Part shown: in pieces, positions 12,750-25,535 of the stretch
How positions within the stretch are numbered: position 1 is the stretch's first letter
Layout: every line of letters begins with the position of its first letter
Assembly: GCA_964016885.1 (NCBI GenBank)
Contig: OZ024742.1
Span: forward strand, 307,706,001-307,770,000
DNA length: 64,000 nt
From: Eledone cirrhosa
Taxonomy: Eukaryota
Direction: 5' to 3'
The notes under the pieces: model-generated
Seen by the model: the letters and a program-made list of their open reading frames with translations, nothing else
What the model was told of the DNA's origin: nothing
Databases searched by the model: none
Position numbers and translations under genes: made by a program

Positions 12750-13128
12750 GAAAGACGTAAAATAAGAAAATTTTAAAAATTAAAAATTAACTTACTAAAA
12801 TTTTCACTCCAACTAATTAGTTTCTGTAATGGGATAAATATAGTTACGCAATGTAACTATCGAGAATTCATTACGTTATCAGGGAATCTATTCTCAGCTA
12901 AGTTCCCAGGCAATGCGAGGACACTAGGGACTCATATAAAAATAATAATTCAGTGGATGGAATAGCTAGCAAGGACTAAATTCCGTAGCACTGATGACGT
13001 AATGAATTCTCGATAGTTACATTGCGTAACTATATTTAGCCCATTACAGAAACTAATTAGTTGGAGTGAAAATTTTAGTAAGTTAATTTTTAATTTTTAA
13101 AATTTTCTTATTTTACGTCTTTCATATA
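12746..13128. mobile_element. Inverted-repeat element (about 135-bp arms) with a hammerhead-like core in each arm
   Basis: 12746-12882 is the reverse complement of 12991-13128. Right arm: CTGATGA-C-GTAATG...CATTAC-A-GAAAC-TAATTA-GTT. Confidence 0.75.
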
Positions 13129-13844
13129 ATTGTTCTGCATCCCCTTGCATAGAACCACCTAGGTACTATGACATAACTTATATATTTGCTAGCATTAGTG
13201 TACATCTGTACGCATATGTTGGTAGATGTACTAATTCTCTATATTTATCTCCAAATTATTTATTTGTTGAGCAAACTTGCCAAATCCACGGCTAATTCAT
13301 AGTAGTGGTAGTAGGCTCTTGTCATAATACCACCCCACTCCTACTGACTAACCTCAGTGTCACGTGATTGATTCTTTAGAATCTGCCACTTGACCAGAGA
13401 CAGTGAACTTTTATTGTCATGAAATAAGAGACACAGGGACGTCTCTTATTTTATGACAATATATGGATACAGTTTCATAACTTCTATACAGATTTATCAA
13501 TATATATATATCTACACAAACACATATATTAACACCCAGCCACACACTTATGTAAACACATAAAAACATATATAAACACACATATATACATTCACTTACA
13601 TACTTGTACATATATAGGGAGGTATATATTTTTTGTATACACACAGACTCTCATATAAGAGAGAGAGAGATAGAGGGGGAGAGAGAGAGAGCGAGGATGA
13701 GCGAGAGAGAGAGAAATGTGTTATTTTCTTTGAGCCAAGGGCAAGAGCTGATCCTGTGGCGAATAGGTTAGAGTGAGAGGGACAAATATCATATTGGCTT
13801 CTACACACTGTATGAACCACACTAGAAATCAACATTGTACACTC

Positions 13845-13929
<85 letters not shown>

Positions 13930-13959
13930 TATATATATCAATCACATATATTTTTATTT

Positions 13960-14146
13960 TTGACCCGAATTACTTGGTCGTTTTTATGGCTGTGCGGATG
14001 ATTGTTTAACCATCATCTCAGTGTGTTTGGCCTTTAACGTTTGTTGTAGCTCTGGTTCATCTGAATCATTGAGCGCTTGCCACACATCTCGGAAGTTGTT
14101 TTTCGTTAATTCCTAAGCCGAAATGCGATTCTCGCTAATTTATATT

Positions 14147-14224
<78 letters not shown>

Positions 14225-14403
14225 ACGAAGGAAATGTGGTAAGGAACCAGGTGGACCATAACGCACCAAAGTACTCAATACTTAGGGTAGTAGAGTGGGT
14301 AATAGGAGGAGCTAGATAACGAAGGAAATGTGGTAAGGAACCAGGTGGACCATAACGCACCAAAGTACTCAATACTTAGGGTAGTAGAGTGGGTAATCCT
14401 TCT

Positions 14404-14448
<45 letters not shown>

Positions 14449-14640
14449 TTAACGAGAATCGCATTTCGGCGAGTAGAAATTAGCGAAACGCAACATCCGT
14501 ATTGTGCAGACAAGCGCTCCATGGATATGAAGATACCAGAGCTATAAACATAAGTTAAAATGGTCATATACACTGAGACGATGGTTAAGAAGTCATTAAC
14601 CATCTTAGCCAAAAAAGCGAACAAGCTAAACGGGTCAAAC
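13960..14640. repeat. Diverged inverted pair (13960-14145 / 14445-14640) bracketing two tandem minus-strand family A fragments
   Basis: GCCGAAATGCGATTCTCG vs CGAGAATCGCATTTCGGC; TAGCTCTGGT vs ACCAGAGCTA; related to the 19606/20221 repeat. Confidence 0.6.
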
Positions 14641-14843
14641 AAAATAAGATATATATATATATATCCAAAAATTAAATTATGGGTTGTCATGTCTGAGAGA
14701 CATGCGACATATCTACTGCAGAATAAGCTCAAATATTCCAATATCAACTAGAAATAGAATGACATATATATATATAAATTAACATATATATATATTTTAT
14801 ATATATATATGTCAATCTATTTCTAGTTGATATATATATATAC

Positions 14844-14888
<45 letters not shown>

Positions 14889-15003
14889 TATATATATAAA
14901 TATATATATATATGTAAATGTATATATATATATATGTACATATATATATATATATATATACATTTATATATATATATATATATGGTTTAGTTTTGAATAT
15001 ATA

Positions 15004-15113
<110 letters not shown>

Positions 15114-15590
15114 CATATATACACATATATACATATATATATATATACATATACATATATATATATATATATATAACTCTCGGGTTATATTAACTGTCGG
15201 TTAATAAAGATATTTAAGAAATATAGAAACACTTATGCATATATGTATATATATACAAATGAACAAATAGGAATAAATAAGGAAAATATGTTCATTCAAA
15301 AATATTTCTAGTAACGGAGTCATTTTCCTACACACACACAAAATATATATTCTCTTCATCTTAACATGCTAACCATACTCCCACACACACATAACCCCCC
15401 CCCCCCACACACACAACTCCCTCCCCCATTTCTACTAATAGAATTACTTTCCTACACACATACACACACACAAAATATATATATTCTCTCCATCTTAACA
15501 TACACCCACACACATATACACATAACACCCATATACACACACGCAACTCCCCCCCCCATTTCTACTAATAGAATCATCTTCTTATGCACA

Positions 15591-15667
<77 letters not shown>

Positions 15668-15739
15668 GCACACAAATAAACATACATATCCCTACTTTCT
15701 TTATTTCAAAAGTCTGAATTCTGAAACCCCAGCGAACCA

Positions 15740-16363
15740 GCCATATTCACTGAACCAGAGCAATTCTCCCATCCCATTTCTCTTAACCATTATCTTTTGT
15801 TTGTCATATAATTATCTAAAAAGCTACAAAATAAATTCCCAAATACGGGCGCGAATTTAATGAACCTGTTTACGTGACAGTCATAATTTAATTTATAACA
15901 ATCCAATTACATTTATTTAAAAAAACCTTCGTGAGCCACGTTTTTTAAAGTAAAAAGAAATTCAAACAAACTGGCATGAAAGCTGATGTGCTTATTCACG
16001 TGACTGCATCAACCAACCAAACTTCACTCATATATGAAAAAAAAACCCTGCCATATTCACTGAACCAGAACAATTCCTACCATCCTATTTCTCTTGACCA
16101 TTATCTTTTGTTTGTCATAAAATTCTCTAAAAGGCTACAAAATAAATTCCCAAATACGGGCGCGAAATTTAATGAACTTGTTCACGTGACAGTCATAATT
16201 TCATTTATAACCAATCAAATTACATTTATAAAAAAAAAGCCTTCGTGAGTCCCCCTTTTTTTTAAGTAAAAAAAAATTCAAACAAACTGGCGTGAAAGCT
16301 GATGTGCTTATTCACGTGACTGGATCAACCAACCAAACTTCACTCATATATGAAAAAATAACC
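15740..16363. repeat. Tandem duplication of about 311 bp
   Basis: CCATATTCACTGAACCAGA... starts near 15741 and at 16051, with the whole unit repeated. Confidence 0.85.
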
Positions 16364-16712
16364 TGAGCACCCCCCTCCCTTATTTGAAGAACTTTGTAAC
16401 GCGAACTGGCACGAAATTTATTATACTTATTGACCAACCAATCAAATTACTTCTCTAAAAACCTGGCGTTTCGAGCCACTTTTTTTTCCATATAAAACAA
16501 GTAACATTCAAAGACCAACCAGATGTGAGAAAAACCACAGACCCTCTATCTCAACTCTACTTTTGAAAAGCAGAATAACTACGAAACCGGTAAAGGAACC
16601 AAATAAATACATATATTTTTTTTTAAATAAGACTCCAGTTGCATCTTCGACTTCATCTTTTTTTCTATATACTTTCACTCGTGTTATTTTTCATTTTGTA
16701 AAATAACCTCAC

Positions 16713-16748
<36 letters not shown>

Positions 16749-16968
16749 GGAAAAGAATGAAACGAAATTTCATTTCTCACTCTTAGTACGGCTGATACAT
16801 ACTTATATTTATATATATATATACATATATGTATAATTGTTTCTATATTTCTTAAATATCTTTAATATATATATATACATATATATATATATACATATAT
16901 GTATAAGTGTTTCTATATTTCTTAAATATCTTTATTTCTAACCCGACAGTTATAAATTATGGAATAAC

Positions 16969-17018
<50 letters not shown>

Positions 17019-17210
17019 GTATAGGATTATCCTAGATGTAGTAATGGTTAATTACTACACTGGATATGGTTGACGTACGGTAAGAGATTACTCAACGAGT
17101 TATGGAAGAATTGTTGAAGAAACTTAGTTCCTGATCCTTCTGTATTCCGGAGTGTAGATAAAGAATGAATAATAACAGGTAGACATCATAAAAAGGTAAT
17201 TTATTCCGTG

Positions 17211-17322
17211 TGCTTACAAATGTTTCCACGGTGGTAATACAGCCTAGTTATGCTATGTGCAAATTTATAACTATTTGCAGAACTCAAATATCAAATGCTG
17301 TGACCACTGTATCATCAGAGCA
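17211..17322 (-). ncRNA. Type I hammerhead ribozyme (Penelope-like terminal repeat)
   Basis: Minus strand: UGCU-CUGAUGA-UACAGUGGU...ACCACCGUG-GAAAC-AUUU-GUA-AGCA. Stem I UGCU/AGCA, stem II 8 of 9 pairs, GUA cleavage triplet, AAUAAA 5 nt downstream. Confidence 0.75.
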
Positions 17323-17930
17323 GAATTATATATATTATATATATATATAGAAACTTATTACAGAATTATTTTCTCTCATATCTGGACTGTCGAATACTAC
17401 CATAATAAATATGTGATGTTCCTATAATTAACAGATCTAATACGTATTAACTCTGGTGGAACTTGACAAATAAGGTCACATACGCATTTTATATTCTGAC
17501 GTATATTTGAACAGTAATTATGAAAACGTAACTATAGGGAAAGCGTTTCGAAATGCAATAAAAATTGCAGTTTTCTTTTTTTATTTTATCGGGCTTAGAA
17601 TCTCAACAGACTTTCTTTGTCTGCATTTTTGACAGCTGTTAGTTAGCCTAAAATAATTGGTAACTTTATATATGCAACTTAGCTCCAGCTTTTTACTCCC
17701 CCCCCTCTATTCTTCATACAGCCACTCACCCCAACACTCTTATCTATGTATATGAATGCGTATTGATTTGTGCAATCGGAAATTATGAGTTCGATTCTTG
17801 GCGGGGTGTTGCGCCAAGAAGAACTTATTCCATGTTGCTCCAGTCCACTCAGATCGCAGTAACTCAAAACGCCAGACATTTCATTCAATGTCACACTGGA
17901 TATGTACATGTATATATATGTGTGTGTGTA

Positions 17931-17998
<68 letters not shown>

Positions 17999-18367
17999 AA
18001 TGTATGTATGTGTATATGTGTGTATATATGTGTATGTGTGTGTAGGTGTACGCTCTTTATATATATATATATATGTGTATATGTATATGTGTATGCGTGC
18101 ATTTATATATATGTGTATATATGTATGTGTGTGTAAGTATGCTTTTGTGTTTTTTTGTGTGTGTTTGCATGTGTAGTTTTATTTTATTTTTCCTTTCCTT
18201 CTCCCTTTTCCAGCCTCACTTTCATATAGATTGCATTTTTGTTTTTAGAATCCATATTCAATAAACAAACCAGGATTTTTCATTCTGAGGATTGAAAGCA
18301 AAACCTTTTGCTTTTAAGAAACCACTGGTAAATGGAATAATTGCCTTATGTTGTTTATTACATAATA

Positions 18368-18410
<43 letters not shown>

Positions 18411-18521
18411 TGTTATTAATTCTGGCAATATTACACAAATATGACCCTCCCCAAGTATAACAATATTTGTTTCGACACACGATTTCATATAAAAAACCTC
18501 GCTAAACTAATTCATCGCCGC

Positions 18522-18552
<31 letters not shown>

Positions 18553-19605
18553 CATTTTGTATTTCTTGTTTAATTTTTTCAGTAGAGCAAAATTTAAACG
18601 AGATATGAAAAGAGAAGGTATAAAAAATTATACATATCTTAATTACAGAATTATTTCAAAATTTTTGTTACATTTTCAATGCCATATAAATTTTTTTAAA
18701 AATATCCTGTTTTATTTTCCGTTATTAATATTAGAATCAGTATTACCTCTCCTAAGTTTTAATAAAGGGAGGAAGAAAAACCTGCAGGGGAGTTGAATTT
18801 TAAATTTACGATACAGATGAATAGTAGTCAGATTACTTACATACTTCGTTTCTATAGACTATGGTATAGTGGTAAAAGGTATGATTTAGGCATAGCAGGA
18901 TATCTTTTCCTCAGTGGGAACATGTTTAGACATGGTAGTAGTTGTAATCGGAGAAAGTTCAATGGAATGACCAGTCTTGCCATTGAAATGTGGAGAGTAT
19001 TTAGAATTAACGAAGTCATGCTTTCGAAAAGAGAAAAGTTATTTCGGTTATGTCCACTGCTTTCGTCGTTGCAACTCTTATATCACCATCTGTATGACAT
19101 GTCGGGTGCTAAATACATTTCTCTTCGTTTAGGACTGCAATAGCTGTGGTCAAATATCAGCATGCAACCTATTAGTTGACCAAATATAAAGTGATTGTTG
19201 ACAGAGCTCGTAAGTGAATATTTCAGAAAGCATCAATTTGATTAGTCGATCGATCTTCACAAGTTTCGGGAGAACAGTAGATAACTGCTATGTCATAAAG
19301 TCAATTCTTAAGACTAATCTTTTAAATATATATATATATATTATTAGAAAGATATATCGAAACAGAAGACATCACAAGTGTTCTATATTTCTATACTTTA
19401 GTAAAATAAGAAGCAGAAAATGTCATAAGGGTCTTATTTTCTCTAAACTACAGTTTTTAGATGAATGGGAGAGAATGGATGGTAGTAATATCACTTCTCG
19501 CTAGATGAACGAATGCTTCAATTTTCTATGATTGCTCAATCAACACCTCATTTATATTATCACACTTTTGAACCTTTTATACTATAATTCATAATTTGTA
19601 TTTAT

Positions 19606-20337
19606 AACGATAGTTATAGCTCTGATTCATCTGAATTATTGAGCCCTCTGCCGCTCATTTCGAATTTTGTTTATCGTGAACTCGTGCGCCGATTTTTCGA
19701 TACTCGATCTTTCTAATATTTTTAGCTCTGGACATAGCTATCCACCAGTTAATTTTATTGCTCATTTTTTGTCGATTCTATTGAGTGATGAATAGTTCCT
19801 GTTTTATTTTAACATGTCTATTGAGCACTTTCATTCGATATGTGTATTTCCACATTTCCTCGAATAGTTTTCGCGGATGTAGAGGTTATCTCCCTTGCCG
19901 GATTCCATGTGCGTATTTTGCTTGTAGTTAGCCTCTTATCCGCTAGGACGAAGCTCGTTGATGAAGTAAACTTCCAGTCCGCTTGCTCTAGAAGTCTTAT
20001 ATATTTATATGTGAGCTGATAGAGTACAGTCTAAGGATTTACAGAAACCCAAGAAGCTAGATTTAACACCTTTCTAGTGGGTCCGGGTATGATTTTACAT
20101 TCATTTAAATTATTGATGTATTGTTTTATTGATATTTTTTATCTGATTGTCCCGAATCTTCTATTATCGATTTTTTATCGTATGGTTGATTTTAGACTTG
20201 TTCTATGTGTGACGGTATTTTAACGATAGTTATAGCTCTGATTCATCTGAATTATTGAGCCCTCTACCGCTCATTTCGAATTTTGTTTATCGTGAACTCG
20301 TGCGCCGATTTTTCGATACTCGATCTTTCTAATATTT
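19606..20337. mobile_element. Element bounded by ~115-bp direct repeats (19606-19722 / 20221-20337); possible Penelope-like partial tandem
   Basis: TAACGATAGTTATAGCTCTGATTCATCTGAATTATTGAGCCCTCT...CTTTCTAATATTT occurs twice with about one mismatch. The repeat is certain; the element class is inferred. Confidence 0.55.
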
Positions 20338-20627
20338 ATCTCTTTTTAGATACAATTTAAATAATCGTATATATTAAATGTCTTATTTACATTGTATTTT
20401 TCATAATTTAATACATTTATGGTTTAAATATTGAATCGTTCCATTACTTAATTTATAAAAGAGTAGTTACTCTTCCTTTTTATATATTTAAATATTTCAA
20501 TTCTGTTATGAATTATATTTTACACAAAACATTTTAATCAGTTTACACCAGTCCACTGGTTAATACAAACGCGAATTAAAGTATTTCGAGAAAGTATTAA
20601 TGTTTTTTATTATCATGAACAGTATAG

Positions 20628-22108
20628 GGAGGGTGGATTGGAAGTATCGGTCGAGCGTATGACACCATGCTTCGTGACATAGAGTTATGGCCCTTTACGT
20701 TCTGAGTTCAAATTACGCCGCGGTTAACTTTGCCGATAAAATAAAGTACCAATCACGCACTGTGGTCGATTTAATCGACTTTTCCCTCCCCCCAAATTGC
20801 TGACCTTGTGCCCATATAAGAAACCATTGGTGGATTGGCAGTATCGGTAGAGGGTCGGACGCCATGCTTTCCAGCATAGTTACGTCCCTTTACGATCTGA
20901 GTTCAAATCCTGCCGAGGTTGACTTTGCCTTTCATCCTTACGGGGTCGATAAAATAAAGTACCAGTAATGAACTGGGTAATTGCTGGCCTTGTGCCTAAA
21001 GTAGAAACAATTATTATGAATACATTCTGAGTTCAAATCCCGCCGAGGTTAACTTTGCCTTTCATCCTTACGGGGTCGATAAAATAAAGTACCAGTAATG
21101 CACTGGGTAATTGCTGGCCTTGTGCCAAAAGTAGAAACAATTATTATGAATAGTATAATAATTATCATTATATTTTTGAGGGTGGTGGATTGACTGTATC
21201 GTATCAACGTCGAACAAAATGATATACAGTATTTAGTTACGACGTTTTACGTTCAAATCCGGCAGAAGTCAACTTAGCATTTTATCCTCCGGTGTTCAAT
21301 AAAATATTGTAGCAGTTAAGCACCGGATTGACGTATTCCACTTACCCGTCCTCCAAAATTTCTGACCTCGTGCAAAAATTAGAAATCGTTATTTTAAATG
21401 TTGCTAGTATTGTCTCTATAACCCTCATTTGCATTAGCTTTATGCTTTCTATTAGCATTTTTTTTCTTTCAACAATATATAGTTTATACATTTCTTACAT
21501 TGTTACACGATTTCCACAAGCTACACATTTTCTTCCCCCACTCTACTCCGTTTTTCTAATATTCTTTCACTTAATGCGCTCTCCAGATTCTATTTCAATA
21601 ATACGTGAATTATATTATAATATTTGTTCTAATTTATTATTTCTCAAATTTATCTGGCGTTTATGTTTGCGACTCCTCTCAACCTCTTAAATCTTTTCCT
21701 TGATGAAATAGTAGAGGTTAACTTTTCCTTTCATCCTTACGGAGTCGATAAAATAAAGTACCAGTCATGCACTGGGATCGATTTAATCGAATTTTCCCTC
21801 CTCCAAAATTGCTGGCCTTGTGCTGTATAAGAAACCATTATTTGTTTCAGCTCTGGATTGGCAGTATCAGAATAGCGTCATACACCACACTTTCCAGCAT
21901 AGAGTTATGGCCCTTTACGTTCCGAGTTCAAATCCCGCCGAGGTTAACTTTGCTTTTCATCCTTACGGGGTCGATAAAATAAAGTACCAGCAATGCACTG
22001 GGATGATTGTTGGCCTTGGGCCAAAAGCAGGACAATTATTTGTTACAGCTCTCTGTGGTTTGAATTTAAATCCTGCTGAGGTTACCATTGCCTTTCATTC
22101 TTTCAAAT
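20628..22108 (+). mobile_element. Cluster of about 7 co-oriented full or partial S1 SINE copies
   Basis: Repeated GAGTTCAAATCC...TTTCATCCTTACGGGGTCGATAAAATAAAGTACCAG...GGCCTTGTGCC units at about 20628, 20828, 21025, 21178, 21712, 21852 and 22045. Confidence 0.85.
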
Positions 22109-24780
22109 AGAGGTGCAGTACGGAGATCAATTCTTCTATACCTATTTCCCACATCTTCTTACAAAAGGCTTCTATTGTACCTATACATGGTAAAAGCTAC
22201 TGCTATGATCAACAGATGCAGCAACTCCTTCGTCTTTGGAAATACTTGGATGTGTTCAGACCTAGAGAGGGGTGACCTTCCTCAGGTTTAAAAAGACCCA
22301 AAGCACGCTTTATATCACTATGCCGCCACCACGTGTTTCGCGTTTAGAGAAGAAAAAAAATACATTGAATAGATTTATCATTAAAAAAGAAAAAAAACTT
22401 CGCCATTCGCTCTGCTTTGATTGTATCATACCCTGCATCATTTCAAATATTTGATATATTTATTTTACTTCTAGCTTATTTATCTTAGAGACGTATTCAT
22501 TTGCATTTCTTTAACTGGAGACTCGAGGACTTACCGTGAGGTGGATATTTTTCGGCAGCACCTTGTGTTTTGATAATTTCTCTGTTTATTATTGTTCATG
22601 TATAATTCTGAGATATTTCCTTTCTAAATTTAATTAGTAAAGAATCGGAATCATTGGAAGAAACAATTCCACTAATTAACTTTGTAACGTGCATTTTAAA
22701 CCGAATCATGCGTAATTTACTTTCTAATTCAGAATCGCATCTTTTGTTTTTTTTTGCTTTCGAATTTGCAAACAAGGTCTCTATCTTCCAATTATTTTTT
22801 TACAGATATTTAATGTTTTTCTAATGTGTGCAACATGTATAGTACACTTCATTTCATTTTCTGTTGTTGCATTCATTGCATCAAGCTCTTTGTCTGCTTC
22901 ATATAAATCAACAAGCAAAGGGCCGATTTGTCTTGTACTTCACATACGAGGTGGAAGATATATACCTGAAGAATGTCTACATTTAAAACATTGAAACCAT
23001 ATTGCTTTATGTCTTTTGCATATTAGAACCAAACCTCGACAGAAATACGTAACTATTAGACATAACCTCTGCTCAACACTGAACAAACGAGTATGTCACC
23101 TTGGAAGCAACACTGGTTTTCAACGTTTTTAAATAAATTGAAAATTTAAAGCTAATTAAAAAAATCTTCCCGAATTTTGAACTTTATATTTTGATGTAAG
23201 GTTGTGCAGTGACTCCATTATTTGTTTCTTTATTTGTTTTGTATCTCATCACCTAGTTTAATACCACATTCTCGCTCGTGGGGGCCGTGTGCGTAGTTCA
23301 CATTCTTGCAGCATCAGGGTCATGTTTTCAGCCTTGGTACATCATATTCGTGCCTTCTAATCAGACACAGGCCCTTCATCTCAGACTACAGAGTAAAAAT
23401 AAAATTCATCCTTGTAATTCTATAATATGATATAAAAATAGTTAAAGCATATCGTATCATATTGATACAAGTATGACTAATTAGCTCTGGTTGTACCTGT
23501 AAGACTAATGGATGATCCCTTACTATGGTATCGTTCTACATATATACTAACTAGATAAATTTGATTTTGTTTTTGCTAATAAATATGAAGTATTATTGAA
23601 CTTGCGGACGGTGGCCATGCCAAAGAAATGTTTAGATTAAGCTTATGCCTATATTAGCAATTTTATCGAAGGTAACTTTAAAGACATTTAGTCGTATTTT
23701 GAAAAGTATGCAGTAGGTGTTTTTATTCTTTAATACAATTCACACAACTATTATATTTTCTGACACGAAAATAAATTATTCTCTCTGGTCGAGATTTAAT
23801 TTGATGTAACTTTAAGAATATCAAGATCAATAAGAACGAGATGTTTAAACTTTTGGAAACAGCGCAACAATAAGAAGAAAGTGAATATAATTATAATCCT
23901 CTGTAACAAAATGGTATTTTGTAGAAAACAGACTATAATGGTGTTTAGGCCTTGCACCATATAAAACACTATTTACAAAACAAGCTAAATATAATCAGCA
24001 TTCATGATTCATCATAAATGCTCATACTTGTTTGCTGTATTAATTAAACAATACAAAAGTTTCTATTTTTTAACAATGAATTCTCACCGAAGTTGTATTA
24101 GTATTATGTGAATAATTAATTTCAGTAATTTAAAGGAAGAAAAAGGTAGTGTATCTGATGTTTGAAACTAATGAAATATGTATCAGAACGTTGCTTGAAT
24201 TTCTTTATTTCAAACTTGCCAATTGAATTATAAATCAGAAAAGAAAAATCTAAAAATATTGTTTCCCACGTGAATACAAAAGAGTTTTAGTTGAGGGAGA
24301 ATAAAGAATTTCATAACAGGCGATGCAGCATATATTTCAACGAAATTCCATGTAAATCCAAGAATAATTTAAAGCAAAAACATTTTAGTTTGGCATTAGA
24401 TCATTGTAAAGAATTTAATCTTACGATTTAACGGTTTCTCTTCCATTGGTCCAATTAATTATCGTGTTCTTTTGTAGGAGCTCTGAAAGGTTTAATCTGC
24501 AATGGATTAGTAAAGACTTAGTAATAATATTACGATTAATGAATTTCCCAATGACTGTACATGACGACCGGCTACACGCCTTTGTTACATGATAAATCAT
24601 TAAAGACATTCTAAACAAGCACAAATTGCAATAGTGCGATTGGTCACAATGTGCTTAGGAGCAAGCCATGTTTTTAAAACACACCAGCAAGACATTAAAA
24701 ATAGCAACAATAAGTTGGAATACACAAGAAGTGTGTTCTATTGTTCAAACAATACATTGTACTGGGGAATAATGTTTTGC

Positions 24781-25051
24781 TTGATAGAGATCTGAGTGTC
24801 ATTACTAATAGGGTATTTGAACACACAGGGTGTTTACTTTTAGCTAGTTGATAGAGATCTGAATGTCATTACTAATAGGGTATTTGAACACACAGGGTGT
24901 TTACTTTTAGCTAGTTGATAGAGATCTGAATGTCATTACTAATAGAGTATTTGAACACATAGGATGTTTACTTTTAGCTAGTTGATAGAGATCTGAATGT
25001 CATTACTAATAGAGTATTTGAACACATAGGATGTTTACTTTTAGCTAGTTG
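24781..25051. repeat. 67-bp minisatellite, 4 copies
   Basis: TTGATAGAGATCTGAATGTCATTACTAATAG...TTTTAGCTAG starting at 24781, 24848, 24915 and 24982. Confidence 0.95.
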
Positions 25052-25384
25052 AAATGCAATTTCTTTCCAGGTTTATCTTGGATAAAAGTTGCAGGACGCC
25101 AAAAGTTAGCCGATTTGAAGTATCATAGTGTTCATAAAGGTAACTGGTGGTAGATGGATGTCAGGTGTGTCCTTTGATTAGGTAATGAGTAAAAGTACGA
25201 TGACCTCTTAGTACAAGAAAGATATTAAAATCGCGACGTAGTAAGAAGTTCAACATAACATTTCTCACACACAACAAAGCGGATTTAGAGAGAAAGAGAG
25301 AGGGGGGTAGAGAGATAGATCGAGAGAGAGGGGGAGGAGAGAAGAGAGTGAGAGAGAAAGAGTTTGGGTGAGTCAGGCAGGTAG

Positions 25385-25535
25385 AATAATCAATACCAGT
25401 AACTGATTAGTATTTTATTTATCAAACGAGAAAGAATGAAAGGCAAGGTTGACCATGGTGGGTTTTTAACTCAGAACGTAGAGAGCCAGAACAAATACGA
25501 GTCATTCTAATTGACACTCAAGCAATTCTGCAAGT
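25385..25535 (-). mobile_element. Degenerate S1 SINE
   Basis: AATGAAAGGCAAGGTTGACC...AACTCAGAACGTA. Confidence 0.6.

Noticed and set aside
24781-25051. Regular repeat as a possible CRISPR array
   Set aside because: Units are contiguous with no unique spacers, the context is eukaryotic and there are no cas genes.
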